This document shows, piece by piece, positions 9,687 through 20,442 of a stretch of 64,000 nt of DNA; within the stretch, counting starts at the first letter, position 1, and every line of letters begins with the position of its first letter. The stretch comes from an uncultured Verrucomicrobiae bacterium (GTDB taxonomy: Bacteria > Verrucomicrobiota > Verrucomicrobiia > Limisphaerales > Palsa-1400), in assembly GCA_963764165.1 (NCBI GenBank), contig CAVXRD010000002.1, positions 1,408,001 through 1,472,000 on the forward strand, in the 5' to 3' direction. The notes below the pieces were generated by a model. The model did no database searches. It had not been told where the DNA came from and worked only from the letters and a program-made list of their open reading frames with translations. The translations under genes were made by a program, and so were the position numbers.

Positions 9687-10930
9687 CCTTCGTGCCCAAG
9701 AATTTGTCTGGCCGCGCGCAATCCGCTCTCCAACGCGCCAAAAGTTGTTCCCGTTTGCGCGTCTGAAATCGTGGCTTCGCCCGCGAAGAACAGAGTTTCT
9801 TTGACAGGATCGGCCAGAAGTTTTGGAAGTTCCAATCCATTAACAGGGATATAACTGTAGGCGCCCCGGATTTCCGGGTCTGCCGCCCAATTTTGAAAAT
9901 AGCAGTTCGCCAGCCTCGCCCGCAGCGCACCGGCTTTGTCGGACATCACGCGGGCCAGGGAATCCAGCGCCTGGGAAACCAGCGCCTCCTTGTCCAAATG
10001 CAGAAGTTTGTCCGCTGCCGGGCCGCCAGCCCATGCGGTGAGGATTAAATCCGACGTTTCCCACCATGTTGGAAACGGCTCGTTAAAGGCGTGGAGAAAA
10101 CCGAAAGGCTTGCCCCACCATCTTTCCCGGAATTCGAGTATTAATTTGACAACATTGCCGAATTCGAGCTGCTCAATCGCGTCTTTCTTGGTGGCGAGCG
10201 CCGGATGAAAAGAAACTGTTCCTGCTTTCAGCGCACCCAGCGGAAGTGTTATCAACGCCGCGTCGGCTTCAAGTCGGGCGGTCGTTCCTTCTCGCGCGGC
10301 TGCGACCTCAATTTTGCCGGGTTGCCAATCGATGCGGGCGACTTTTGTGTCGAGCAGGAGGACGCCGTTGGCTGCTTTGATCTGCTGCGCCAAAAACTGA
10401 ATCAGCGCGCCATAACCTTCTTTAATTCGCGCCTGCCACGATCCATCCATTTGTTCGGAAGAATAGGTGAGGCGCAGAATGGAGTGGGCGCTGATGCGCT
10501 GCGAATCAGCGGCGTTAAAGCCCTCCACGTATCCCCGCGCCCAGCTTTTGGCGCGCGAATCCAATTCTGGCGCATCAAGGATTTTCGCAAACGGCGCGTC
10601 GTGTTGATGAGAATCAATCCGATCCATCGCGGCATCCACTTTGTCCCAAAACTTGACCTTGTTGAGTGCCCCGTTTTCGAAGACGTGAATCTCGCAAGAT
10701 GCCTTGAGTGTCGTCAATCCGGCCTCGGAAATGAGTTTTAGAAGGGTCGGGCTGCGGCCATGGACAAATTCCGCTCCGAGCTCAACGGGAGCGCTGCCGG
10801 CAACGGTATGAATGCGACCGCCCAAACGAGACTTGGCTTCCAAAACAGTTACCGCAATGCCGCGGCGCGCCAGTTCCGAGGCCGCGCCAAGTCCGGCAAT
10901 TCCTCCTCCGATCACAATTACAGATTTCAT
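9683..10930 (-). CDS. Flavin monoamine oxidase family FAD-dependent oxidoreductase
   Basis: GGGIAGL, EAKSRLGGRIHT, ELGAEFVHG, GAYS, FFAGEAT, GALESGLRAA. Confidence 0.9.
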   Translation of the reverse strand: MKSVIVIGGGIAGLGAASELARRGIAVTVLEAKSRLGGRIHTVAGSAPVELGAEFVHGRSPTLLKLISEAGLTTLKASCEIHVFENGALNKVKFWDKVDAAMDRIDSHQHDAPFAKILDAPELDSRAKSWARGYVEGFNAADSQRISAHSILRLTYSSEQMDGSWQARIKEGYGALIQFLAQQIKAANGVLLLDTKVARIDWQPGKIEVAAAREGTTARLEADAALITLPLGALKAGTVSFHPALATKKDAIEQLEFGNVVKLILEFRERWWGKPFGFLHAFNEPFPTWWETSDLILTAWAGGPAADKLLHLDKEALVSQALDSLARVMSDKAGALRARLANCYFQNWAADPEIRGAYSYIPVNGLELPKLLADPVKETLFFAGEATISDAQTGTTFGALESGLRAARQILGHEG

Positions 10931-10940
10931 TTGTGTGAAC

Positions 10941-11729
10941 TTATTTGGAAGCCAGTTCAAGCTGGCGAGAACTGGTTTCCTGGCTCTCCAATTCAGACAA
11001 CGAAACACCACATAGCTGCCCCAGCAATTTTGCATTCTTCGGAGCGCGCACGTTCAGGTCGTTGTTGAAAAAAGCGAACACCCGTTGGCCCTTCGCAGCC
11101 TGTTCTTTGATTCGGGTGGCCCATGGCGAAAGTTCGTCCGGCGTGTAGTCGTGCCGGGGACCTCCAGACAAACCATGAAACCGGATGTATGCGAAGTCCG
11201 CGGTGACGGAAAAATCCTCGGGCATTTTCATCGAGCTGGCCCAGACAAGGGCGGCGTTGAAATCCCGCAGCAGGCTTTTCGTTTCCGAGTCCAGCCATGA
11301 CAGATGCCGGAATTCAAAGGCATGGTCAAAGTCCTTGGGGAGCAAACGCAGAAACTTTTTGAGCCGCGTTAGATCCTTTTGAAAATTCGGCGGCAATTGC
11401 CACAGAAAGGGGCCGATTTTCGCCCCCAGCGGGCGGATGCGCCGGAAATATTTGTTGACGCTGCCGTGAAGCTCGTTCAGCCGCTTGATATGCGTGATGA
11501 ACCGGCTGCCTTTGATGGCAAAAACAAAACCCCGCGGAGACCTTTCCCTCCAGCCATGAACCATGCCCAAAGTTGGCAGCCGGTAAAAAGTCGCGTTGAT
11601 TTCCACCGTGCGAAAATGATCGGAATAAAAGGAGAGGTGGTCTCGTTTCTTGGCCAATTGATAGAAATCTCCGGCCCATTCCTTGTACTCCCAGCCGCTT
11701 GTGCCGATAAAGATTTGACCAGTCGCCAT
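10941..11729 (-). CDS. DUF72 domain protein
   Basis: IGTSGW, TVEINATFYRLP, LWQLPP, FEFRH, YIRFHG, FFNND. Confidence 0.9.
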   Translation of the reverse strand: MATGQIFIGTSGWEYKEWAGDFYQLAKKRDHLSFYSDHFRTVEINATFYRLPTLGMVHGWRERSPRGFVFAIKGSRFITHIKRLNELHGSVNKYFRRIRPLGAKIGPFLWQLPPNFQKDLTRLKKFLRLLPKDFDHAFEFRHLSWLDSETKSLLRDFNAALVWASSMKMPEDFSVTADFAYIRFHGLSGGPRHDYTPDELSPWATRIKEQAAKGQRVFAFFNNDLNVRAPKNAKLLGQLCGVSLSELESQETSSRQLELASK

Positions 11730-11861
11730 ATGAGGTAATTGTTTACTTGCCTTTCATTTTACACCTCGGTGCGGGCCAGTCAAAAGGGGCATTTACCCAA
11801 GGACGCTCCAAAGACACTTGCGGAGTTGGCATATTCGGATTTTGCGGTTAAAATTCTGCTC

Positions 11862-12086
11862 GTGAAGAAAAAATCTGTCGTCAAGATCGACCCCGGCATA
11901 CTCAGTGGAACGCCGTGTTTCGCCGGGACACGTGTGCCCGTGCGGGCGCTGTTGGATTACATCGAGGGCGGGGAAACGCTGGGCGCCTTTCTCGATCAGT
12001 ATCCAACTGTCACACGAAAACAGGCCGTCGGATTTCTCGAAGAATCGGCTAGCGCTATTTTGGATAAGCCGCTCGCTGCCGCTTAG
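11862..12086 (+). CDS. DUF433 antitoxin (VapB45-like)
   Basis: DPGILSGTPCFAGTRVPV...FLDQYP; GTG start inferred. Confidence 0.85.
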   Translation: MKKKSVVKIDPGILSGTPCFAGTRVPVRALLDYIEGGETLGAFLDQYPTVTRKQAVGFLEESASAILDKPLAAA

Positions 12087-12419
12087 ATGCGAATTCTGCT
12101 CGACGAATGTCTGCCGAAAGGCATGGCTAAGCTCCTGGCAGATCATGTTGTTGCCACGGTGCCGCAGATGGGATGGGCCGGAGTAAAAAACGGCGAACTT
12201 CTTCGGCTCATCTCGAAATCTGGAAAATTTGACATTTTTGTCACGGTTGACAAAAAGCTCCCTTCTCAGAATCAATCCACGACGCATCCGTTCGCTATCG
12301 TTGTATTGCGGGCGAAGTCCAATCGCTTGGATGACGTGCTTAAGTTCGCACCGGAAATACTCCAAAAAATTTCCAGCTTCATGCCCGGCCACACCTACAC
12401 ATTAACAAGCTTGTCATGA
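12087..12419 (+). CDS. DUF5615 PIN-like toxin (VapC45-like)
   Basis: MRILLDECLP...GWAGVKNGELL...FVTVDK; abuts the DUF433 gene. Confidence 0.85.
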   Translation: MRILLDECLPKGMAKLLADHVVATVPQMGWAGVKNGELLRLISKSGKFDIFVTVDKKLPSQNQSTTHPFAIVVLRAKSNRLDDVLKFAPEILQKISSFMPGHTYTLTSLS

Positions 12420-12466
12420 GAATCCCCTGAATTGACCTGGAAGATGAACCAAGCTAGCGTGGGTCC

Positions 12467-12826
12467 ATGCAAAAAGTCACTGGCATCGGCGGCGTTTTTT
12501 TCAAGGTTCGCGATCCGGCCGCCATGGCCGAGTGGTATCGCAAGCATCTCGGAATTGAATCGGCGGACGGGTACAAGGTGTTCGACTGGAATGATCCCAA
12601 GGGCGCGACTGTCTGGGCGGTTTTTCCCAAAGACGCGGAGAATTTCGGGCCCGCCACCAACAACTTCATGATCAATTACCGCGTGGCGGATATGACGGCG
12701 CTGCTGGACGAATTGCGCGGCGCGGGAATTGTCATCGAGAAACTGGAAGAGCACGAGTACGGACGGTTCGCGTGGATTACCGATCCCGAAGGCAATCGCA
12801 TCGAGCTTTGGCAGCCGCCTGCTTGA
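12467..12826 (+). CDS. VOC/glyoxalase family protein
   Basis: VTGIGGVFFK...YGRFAWITDPEGNRIELWQP. Confidence 0.9.
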   Translation: MQKVTGIGGVFFKVRDPAAMAEWYRKHLGIESADGYKVFDWNDPKGATVWAVFPKDAENFGPATNNFMINYRVADMTALLDELRGAGIVIEKLEEHEYGRFAWITDPEGNRIELWQPPA

Positions 12827-12843
12827 CAGGCGCTTGAATCGTT

Positions 12844-14352
12844 ATGGCCAAGTTCGTTCTCGCCCTCGATCAGGGCACCACGAGTTCGCGGGCCATTTTA
12901 TTTGACAAGTCCGGCTCCATCAAAGCGATGGCGCAGCGGAAATTCACGCAGTCTTACCCCCAACCGGGCTGGGTGGAACATGATCCAAACGAAATCTGGT
13001 CGACCCAGGCCGGAGTCATCACCGAAGCTCTCGCTCGCGGCTCCGTGCATGCTTCCGACATCGCAGCGATCGGAATTACCAATCAACGCGAGACCACTCT
13101 CCTGTGGGATCGCGGCACAGGCGAGGCCATTGGCCCCGCGATTGTGTGGCAGGATCGCCGAACGGCTGCCTATTGCGACCAACTTAAACAGGATGGAGTG
13201 GAAGAAATGGTCCGGGCAAAAACGGGACTTGTTCTTGACGCTTATTTCTCCGCCACGAAATTGCGCTGGCTTCTGCAGAATATTCCCGGCGCGATGCGGC
13301 GGGCGCGCGAGGGCCAGCTCGCTTTCGGAACGGTGGACACATGGCTCGCGTGGAGATTGAGCGGCGGCGCAATTCATGTGACGGACGCGACGAATGCCAG
13401 CCGCACGCTTCTGTTCAACATTCACTCGCTGACCTGGGATGCTGAATTGCTAGCGCTCTTCGAAATTCCCGAATCCGTTTTGCCGGTGGTAAAGAGCTCC
13501 AGCGAAATTTACGGTGAATCAGCGGCGGAGCTTTTTGCGGCGCGAATTCCGATCGCTGGCATCGCGGGAGATCAGCAGGCGGCCTTGTTCGGGCAAATGT
13601 GCCTGCGCCCGGGCATGGTCAAACATACTTACGGCACGGGCGGGTTCATGGTGCTCAACACCGGCGCGACTGCCATCAAATCGAACCACAGCTTGCTGAC
13701 GACGATTGCCTGGCAACTCGACGGCACGGTGACTTACGCGCTCGAGGGAAGCATCTTCATGGCGGGAGCGGTGGTGCAATGGCTGCGCGACGGGCTTGGA
13801 TTGATCAAGTCATCGGCTGAGGTTGAAGATTTGGCGCAAACCGTGACGGACAATGGCGGAGTTTATCTCGTTCCGGCCTTTGCGGGTTTGGGCGCGCCGC
13901 ATTGGGATCCGTTTGCCCGCGGCACCATCACCGGCATTACGCGCGGGACGAAAGCCGGCCACTTCGCGCGCGCCGCGCTGGAGAGCATCGCCTATCAAAC
14001 CGCCGATGTGCTGGCCGCCATGCGGGCGGATTCGGGATTGGAGATTGCGGAACTGCGCGTCGATGGCGGCGCGACAACAGACAATTTACTGATGCAATTC
14101 CAGGCGGATATCCTCGGCGTCCCTCTCGTGCGTCCTAAAATTTGGGAGACGACGGCGCTGGGCGCGGCCTATCTCGCCGGACTGGCGACCGGCTTCTGGC
14201 AAAGCACGGGTGAATTGCAATCCCAATGGCAGCAGGAGCGCGTCTTCTCGCCGGCCATGGAAAAAAGCCGCGTCGATGAATTATGTCGCGGTTGGCAAAA
14301 AACGGTGCAGCGCGCGAAAGGCTGGGTTGATGCGGAGAAAACGGATAATTAA
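12844..14352 (+). CDS. glpK: Glycerol kinase
   Basis: [39 protein letters not shown]. Confidence 0.97.
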   Translation: MAKFVLALDQGTTSSRAILFDKSGSIKAMAQRKFTQSYPQPGWVEHDPNEIWSTQAGVITEALARGSVHASDIAAIGITNQRETTLLWDRGTGEAIGPAIVWQDRRTAAYCDQLKQDGVEEMVRAKTGLVLDAYFSATKLRWLLQNIPGAMRRAREGQLAFGTVDTWLAWRLSGGAIHVTDATNASRTLLFNIHSLTWDAELLALFEIPESVLPVVKSSSEIYGESAAELFAARIPIAGIAGDQQAALFGQMCLRPGMVKHTYGTGGFMVLNTGATAIKSNHSLLTTIAWQLDGTVTYALEGSIFMAGAVVQWLRDGLGLIKSSAEVEDLAQTVTDNGGVYLVPAFAGLGAPHWDPFARGTITGITRGTKAGHFARAALESIAYQTADVLAAMRADSGLEIAELRVDGGATTDNLLMQFQADILGVPLVRPKIWETTALGAAYLAGLATGFWQSTGELQSQWQQERVFSPAMEKSRVDELCRGWQKTVQRAKGWVDAEKTDN

Positions 14353-14375
14353 TCTGGAACTCAGGAAATCAGGAA
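14351..14375 (+). repeat. Dispersed 25-bp repeat AATCTGGAACTCAGGAAATCAGGAA (single copy)
   Basis: Identical or near-identical copies at 25543, 25682 (inverted), 56471 and 56585 (inverted). Confidence 0.85.
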
Positions 14376-14442
14376 CGGAGGTTGAAATCCAGAAAGCGCG
14401 CGGATGGCTCACGATTATTTCGAACGGAATTCCTTCACGATT

Positions 14443-15111
14443 TCACTTGGCAGGCCGTCCGTAAATCTCCACCTCAGTGTAAACATTGAGGGCGCTGTCT
14501 GTGCTGCCGTGTGAATAAAGACGGACGAAACGCGCGGGCGCGCCTTTGGCATCGATTGTCTTGCCGCGATAACTCTCCACGTATTGCTTGTCCTGGCCGG
14601 CGCCAAGTCCCGTTTCGTTGGAACGATCGTTGTTGTAAATCGTCTTGACGCCGCCCGTGAAGTCACGGTCGCCGGACAATTGCACAATCACGTCGCGGAA
14701 AATTTTTGGCGTGTCGTGCGAATGCCAGATGACAATCGCATAAATTTCATTCGTGCCGCCGAGATCAAATTGCACGTATTGAGAGCCTTTTCGCAGGAGC
14801 AGCGTGCTTTCGTCCGTTGGCTCCTTGTCGCCGTCGGTGAGTTTCGCGAGATCGGCGGCGGTGACGCGTTGATCGCTGCTGGATAATTTTGCGTTAGGCG
14901 CGATGTTGCGCGCGTCCTTCGGAATCATCAGCGGCGGCGGAGGTCCCTTCTGCGCCGGTTCGAGATCGACGCCGGGCGGAAGGTCTTTCGGCGTCCCGAT
15001 AAACGAGGGCGCGGGAAGTTTCGGCTGCAGCGGGACGAGCGCATCGTCAGCCAGTGCCGAAATAAATGGAAGCGCAAGCGCCGCTGATAACATACTACGG
15101 CTTAACTTCAT
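14443..15111 (-). CDS. Secreted protein with galactose-binding/discoidin-like domain
   Basis: Signal peptide; LTDGD, YVQFDLG, ARFVRLY, TEVEIYG pattern. Confidence 0.7.
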   Translation of the reverse strand: MKLSRSMLSAALALPFISALADDALVPLQPKLPAPSFIGTPKDLPPGVDLEPAQKGPPPPLMIPKDARNIAPNAKLSSSDQRVTAADLAKLTDGDKEPTDESTLLLRKGSQYVQFDLGGTNEIYAIVIWHSHDTPKIFRDVIVQLSGDRDFTGGVKTIYNNDRSNETGLGAGQDKQYVESYRGKTIDAKGAPARFVRLYSHGSTDSALNVYTEVEIYGRPAK

Positions 15112-18100
15112 GAATGAAAACGAATGTCCCTTTCTTATTTCCAACCACAATGTCCGGCATATTCGTATTGACGATATTTCCAACAACCACCTGCGTTCCA
15201 ACGCCTGAGTCGGAATCAATGATGTGCGGCACGAATTCAACGCCGCCACCCGGAACGCGCACGAGCTGAAACCAATACAGCACCGCCGGAAAATCATCCG
15301 ATTCCGGGTCGGGCCCATGAGGTCCATGCGCCCAATAACGTTTGCCGGTCACGATGTCCAGCAACCCATCGCCGTCAATGTCCGCCAGCGCCATCGAATG
15401 CGCCTGCGTAAAATGAACGCCAAATGGGCTGGACTGCTCGTCCTTCCCCATAATGACGTGCTCTTTGAACGTGATGTTCGTGCCCTCGCGCTTTTGCTCC
15501 CACCAAACGAGGCCGTAACCGTGCGGGTCGAGGCTCGTGATCACGTCGTTTAACCCATCGCCGTTGACATCGTAGGCGAACATCTGGGCCGCGCCGTGCG
15601 TTCCGCCGCCCGGCGCAAAGGGAAAGGGATGAAACGTCCAGACCGGATCACCCGCCAGCGATGCGGGCTGTTCCCACCAGCCGTCCTTCTCCAGCAAATC
15701 CATTTTGCCGTCACCGTTCACGTCGCCAACGCCGAGGCCGTGGGTGAATTTTTGCCACGAGCCTTTAGGCGTGATCGGGTGAAACGCCCAAGGCTCGCTC
15801 ACCGCTTCATTCCAATTCGAAGGCGCGTAATAGCCAAAATATCCCTTGGCGTTGCAGACGATTTCCGGTTTGCCGTCCCCATTGATGTCGAGGAACGTAG
15901 GCGATTCATTGTCGACGGTTTCCGCGACTTCGTGCTTTTTCCAGTGGCCTTGCGCGCCCTTTGGATTTTCGTACCAGCTCGCGGCTTTGCCCGGGAAGTC
16001 AATTACAAGAATATCCGGCCAGCCGTCGTTATTGAAATCGTAGGTGAAGGTCAAAAAATCGTCGGAGTAGGCGTTATTGGTGCCGAGCGCGCCAACGAAT
16101 CCGGGGATTCGCATGTTGCCGCCGCCAGGCTTGGGCATTTCAAACGACGCTTTGGCGGGACGATATTCGTGGCGCTTGGTGAAGGCGGGGCCTTCGTACC
16201 AAAACAGGCCGGAGACAACATCCATTTTGCCGTCATGATTAAAGTCGGCGAAGTTCGCGCCTTCGTCCCAGAACTGGTCGGTGAGCTTGATTTTGCGAAA
16301 TTGGTGCGCAGTCGCCGCCTCCGCCGCCTGAATGCCCTCCTTGCGCACCTCTGAATTTGTCGGCGACATCATCAACGCGAATTCAATGGCCTTATTGTCA
16401 TGGATTGTGCCCAATCCCGCGAGGACTGAACGAAGTTCCGCCGTTGTGAGCCCCTGTTCGCACAAGGCTTTGCAAAATGTGACTTTCCGCTCATTGGAAA
16501 AAGGCGAATTCTCCTCGGTGAGAAGGCGCATGGCGCCACGGACCGCCAATTCACCGATATTGTCCGCGTGCCGCTTGGAAATCACCGCCGCCAAGTCATC
16601 CAGAAGTTTTGGATCGTGCGTTTCACAAAGCGCGCGAATGGCGGCATCGCTGACGCGCGCGTCCTTGTCCGCCACCGCGCTGCGCAAGACTTGACGCGAA
16701 GCATCACTCGACAAGCCGCTGCAGACGGGCAGCAGCGCCATTTTGGCTTCCGCCGAGCCGCTTTGCATGGCCTGCGTCACTGGCGAGAGATCCAGATTGG
16801 ACGTTGTGGTTTGAAGCCGTTGGAGCGCGGAATTCAGCGCGTCTGCCGCGGCAGATCGGCTGTCGTCATCCCTCGCATTGGCCACCAAATCCACCATGGC
16901 GGGCAAATTGGACGAAGCAGCCAGAAGCGCGAGGGCTTGCAAAGAAGCTGCTTTGGGGGATTCGGCAACAGTTGACGCCATGGTCAGCAACTCCGGCACG
17001 GCGCTGGCATCGCCGCGCTCGCCCAAGGCACGCGCGAGTTCCATTTGCTCGGCAGGCTTGCTCGTGTTCATTTGTCTCAGCAAGGCCGCCGTGATTCCGT
17101 CCTGGCGCAAGTTCAACAGCGCCGCGCGCGCGGCTTTTTTTTCCGCCGCGTCGCCCGAGACCGACATTTCCGCCAAAAACGGCACGGTGGAAACGTCGCC
17201 CAATTCATCCAGCGCATTGATGCAAGCCAGGCGGACATCTCCGGAGGCTTGCGCCGCCAGGCTCAGAATCCCGGAAGTCGCGCCGACATCGCCCCGTTGG
17301 GCCAGCGCTCCCACAATTGCGATTTGCATCGGAGGCGAAACTCTTGGCAGCAGGACGACCAGCGCCGGGGTCACGTCCGTCGAATTCATTTCCCGCCCGA
17401 CCTCGAGCGCGGCCGTTTGCATGGCGACATCCTTGCCGGAAATTCCCTCGACGATAAACTGCGGCGCTCGAACGCCCGCGGTCTGAATCATTCCGCGAAA
17501 AGCCGCAATGCGGACGCTCTCCGCTTCCTCACTTTGGGTAAGTTTAAGAAATTCGTCGTGGTCATGCAGCGCGTTGGCGCAACGCAGAAGCGCGTCGTCC
17601 ACCGCAAGCCGCACCGGACCCGTGGATGCGGGGCGGGCCGATTCAAGGGATAGCTCAGCGCCGATCCCGCCGATTTTTCCCAGCGCCTCCGCCGCAGCCG
17701 CAGCCACAATGGCATCCGTGTCTGTTAGAAATTTTTCCAGTGGCTGGGTTGCTGATTTTTCCTGGCGCTCTCCGAGGGAATTGATAATGCCTGCTTGGTT
17801 TGATCCCTTCGTTTTCGCAAGCGCCTCCAACAAAGCTTGGCCGGCCTTGTCGAACGGCATTGATTCCAGCGCATAGCGCGCCGAGTGGGAAAGCTGTTCG
17901 TCGGTCAGCAACGCGGCGAGGGCGGGAATGGACGCCTCGGTTCCGATGCGTTTGAGACGCGCGCAGGCCATATCCTTTTCACGCGGCGATTTGTCCGATT
18001 GCAGCACGGCGATCAACTTCTGTTCTTCCGCCATGGCGGATGTTTGCGCGCGCAACGGCAATTGCGCCGCAATGAGAACGGAGACTGTAAATACTATTAA

Positions 18101-18112
18101 TAAATTTCTCAT
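15095..18112 (-). CDS. Secreted HEAT-repeat protein fused to FG-GAP/VCBS repeats
   Basis: Signal peptide, about 600 aa of HEAT-like helices, then DxNxDGxxD repeats. Confidence 0.85.
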   Translation of the reverse strand: MRNLLIVFTVSVLIAAQLPLRAQTSAMAEEQKLIAVLQSDKSPREKDMACARLKRIGTEASIPALAALLTDEQLSHSARYALESMPFDKAGQALLEALAKTKGSNQAGIINSLGERQEKSATQPLEKFLTDTDAIVAAAAAEALGKIGGIGAELSLESARPASTGPVRLAVDDALLRCANALHDHDEFLKLTQSEEAESVRIAAFRGMIQTAGVRAPQFIVEGISGKDVAMQTAALEVGREMNSTDVTPALVVLLPRVSPPMQIAIVGALAQRGDVGATSGILSLAAQASGDVRLACINALDELGDVSTVPFLAEMSVSGDAAEKKAARAALLNLRQDGITAALLRQMNTSKPAEQMELARALGERGDASAVPELLTMASTVAESPKAASLQALALLAASSNLPAMVDLVANARDDDSRSAAADALNSALQRLQTTTSNLDLSPVTQAMQSGSAEAKMALLPVCSGLSSDASRQVLRSAVADKDARVSDAAIRALCETHDPKLLDDLAAVISKRHADNIGELAVRGAMRLLTEENSPFSNERKVTFCKALCEQGLTTAELRSVLAGLGTIHDNKAIEFALMMSPTNSEVRKEGIQAAEAATAHQFRKIKLTDQFWDEGANFADFNHDGKMDVVSGLFWYEGPAFTKRHEYRPAKASFEMPKPGGGNMRIPGFVGALGTNNAYSDDFLTFTYDFNNDGWPDILVIDFPGKAASWYENPKGAQGHWKKHEVAETVDNESPTFLDINGDGKPEIVCNAKGYFGYYAPSNWNEAVSEPWAFHPITPKGSWQKFTHGLGVGDVNGDGKMDLLEKDGWWEQPASLAGDPVWTFHPFPFAPGGGTHGAAQMFAYDVNGDGLNDVITSLDPHGYGLVWWEQKREGTNITFKEHVIMGKDEQSSPFGVHFTQAHSMALADIDGDGLLDIVTGKRYWAHGPHGPDPESDDFPAVLYWFQLVRVPGGGVEFVPHIIDSDSGVGTQVVVGNIVNTNMPDIVVGNKKGTFVFIHEVKP

Positions 18113-19422
18113 ACGCGCCAGGGGGAACGTTTTGCGATGGAGAGCAGGCGGTTGGCCTCGTCGTCATCGACGAACTGCTCGGCTTGCGGATCCCATTTCA
18201 ATTTGCGATTCAATTGCTTTGCCGCGCCTCCCAGCAGCACCGCGCTGACGGAGCGGTGCGCGATGTCGACATCGCAGATCGTTTTTTTCCGCGTGCGAAT
18301 GCATTCCAGAAAATTCCCGGAATGGCTGGTGCTGTGGTAAAGATGAACTTCGTGCGGCAGCAATCGTTCGCGCACGATGTCCGGCGGATCGGAAATCAGC
18401 GCATCACGATCCACCGCGATGCGCCCGTGCGTTCCAACGAAGCACGCGCCGCCGTCGCCGCCGATGGGCTCGCCCGGATACCCCTTTCCATAGACGACAA
18501 CGCCGCTGGCGTATTTGTAGCAGGAGCGGTCGCCTTCCATCCAGATTTCGACCGGCCCCGTGCTGTCGGCGTCGGCGGCCCATTGAATAATGTCGTAATG
18601 GTGCTGGCCCCAATTCAATTCCCCAATGTCAAATCGATGCGGGCCGACGATGCCGTCGTAGGGAAGCATCGGCGCGGGGCCCAAATAAAGATCCCAATCA
18701 AGCTCCGCTGGAATTGGCTTGGCGGGGCCGAATCGTTCCGGCCAGAAAATTCCGCCGCCGTCGCGATAGGCGTAGATTTCCTTCAATTGCCCGATGCGCC
18801 CGCTGCGGATAAATTCGCATGCCTGCCGAAATTTTCCACCGTATTCACTGCGCTGCTGGGTGCCGGCTTGGAAGACGCGGCCGTAGCGCCGGACCGCCGA
18901 TTCAATCGCTTGCGCCTCGTGAATCGTCACCGCGCTGGGCTTTTCGCAATAAATATCCTTGCCCGCGGCGGCGGCCATGACGGTCATGGTCGCGTGCCAA
19001 TGCGCGGGCGTGGCAATCAGCACCGCATCAATGTCCGGTCGTGCCAAAACCTCCCGAAAATCCGTGTAAGCCTCGCACGATTTGTAATTGTCCTTCCCAT
19101 AAACCGTGGCGTAATTCTCGTTGACACGATTGCGCGCATTTTCGCGGCGGTTTTTCCAGACGTCGCAAACCGCCAGCACCTGGACTTCCTTGCGCCCCGC
19201 ATAGCCGCCCGCGACGTATGTCCAAGCGCCGCCAAGCAAATGACCGCCGCCCTGCGTGCCGACGCCGATGAAGCCCATGGTGATGCGCTCGCTGGGCGCA
19301 ATGGCGCCGTTTCGGCCCAGGGCTGAGCCTGGAATAATGGTGGGGAACGCGATGGCAGCGCCCATCATCGCACCCGCTCGACGCAAAAAATGCCGACGAC
19401 TCGTCGGTCTGGTGGTTTGCAT
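18109..19422 (-). CDS. Tat-exported Gfo/Idh/MocA oxidoreductase
   Basis: SRRHFL twin-arginine signal, IGVGTQG, ATPAHWH, KDIYCEKP, QAGTQQRS. Confidence 0.92.
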   Translation of the reverse strand: MQTTRPTSRRHFLRRAGAMMGAAIAFPTIIPGSALGRNGAIAPSERITMGFIGVGTQGGGHLLGGAWTYVAGGYAGRKEVQVLAVCDVWKNRRENARNRVNENYATVYGKDNYKSCEAYTDFREVLARPDIDAVLIATPAHWHATMTVMAAAAGKDIYCEKPSAVTIHEAQAIESAVRRYGRVFQAGTQQRSEYGGKFRQACEFIRSGRIGQLKEIYAYRDGGGIFWPERFGPAKPIPAELDWDLYLGPAPMLPYDGIVGPHRFDIGELNWGQHHYDIIQWAADADSTGPVEIWMEGDRSCYKYASGVVVYGKGYPGEPIGGDGGACFVGTHGRIAVDRDALISDPPDIVRERLLPHEVHLYHSTSHSGNFLECIRTRKKTICDVDIAHRSVSAVLLGGAAKQLNRKLKWDPQAEQFVDDDEANRLLSIAKRSPWRV

Positions 19423-19597
19423 GTGGTTGAACTTACCAACCTTGCCAAGCCACCGCAAGCGCCCGTCGTGGCCAACTCACTCGCGCCTTAAATCAGGAAA
19501 GCCCCCGGTCTTTATTTTATTTTCCAGGCCTGGATTTTAACGCCAAGACGCCAGGGCCCAAGGGCGCGAAGACGTTGCCGAGGCAAACTGAGAAAAA

Positions 19598-20083
19598 TCA
19601 AACCTGCTCAGGCATCGCACGAGTCAACACACCCATATCCTCCCAAACCATCCAAGCCGTCGACAAGTCAACAGCGCCGCGCCGGGCGTAGAACCGCCGC
19701 GCCCGTTCATTCTCCGCCTCTGCATTCACGCAAATTCTCGCCGCGCCCTGGGTCCCGAACCACCCAGCGAGAGCCTCGAAAAGCCCGCTTGCGGCTGCGG
19801 ACCCGCGCCACGCCGGCGCAACCAAAATCCACTGCAGCTCGCCGTCGCACCCGAAACGCTTGGTCAGATGCCCCGCGATGAACCCGATGAGAGAACCTTC
19901 CGCCTCAGCCAGAAACGCCACGCGCGGGGAAAGCGCCTGCTGCGGATGGTGTTCGCCAGCGAGATAGCGGCGCATGGTCTCCGCACTCGCCCCGCCAGTC
20001 CACCCGCTCGCAGTTCGCAGTTCGGCCATCGCCGGAACGTCTTTGGCCAGCGCGCGCCGATACGCAATGCCTGTTACGCTCAT
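19598..20083 (-). CDS. GNAT family acetyltransferase
   Basis: LIGFIAG, ILVAPAWRG and NERARRFY motifs. Confidence 0.8.
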   Translation of the reverse strand: MSVTGIAYRRALAKDVPAMAELRTASGWTGGASAETMRRYLAGEHHPQQALSPRVAFLAEAEGSLIGFIAGHLTKRFGCDGELQWILVAPAWRGSAAASGLFEALAGWFGTQGAARICVNAEAENERARRFYARRGAVDLSTAWMVWEDMGVLTRAMPEQV

Positions 20084-20442
20084 CTTGAAAGCGAGGCCAT
20101 CAACCTCGCGATTGCCCGATTTCTCGGCCGTTAATCCGGTGAAAGTCCACGCCGTCAACGTGCCCGACTCGCCATTAAAATCGAGCGATTTCCGCAACAG
20201 GATTTTTAACAGGATTGACAGGATAAAATACACTGAATTGTTGACTGCCCCAAGGCGGCAAGCCATAAAGGAGCGGACGATGGCAAATCGGGAATACAGG
20301 GTTAATCAAGAACGATTTGGCTTCATCGTTGCATTAAAAGCAATATCGCGCAGAGAGCGCAGAGTTGCCTCGCCGGAATGAATCAAATGAGCCATGGCTG
20401 CTTCGCCGAAATCGTCAGGGAACCCAAAGGATGCCGCTCCTT

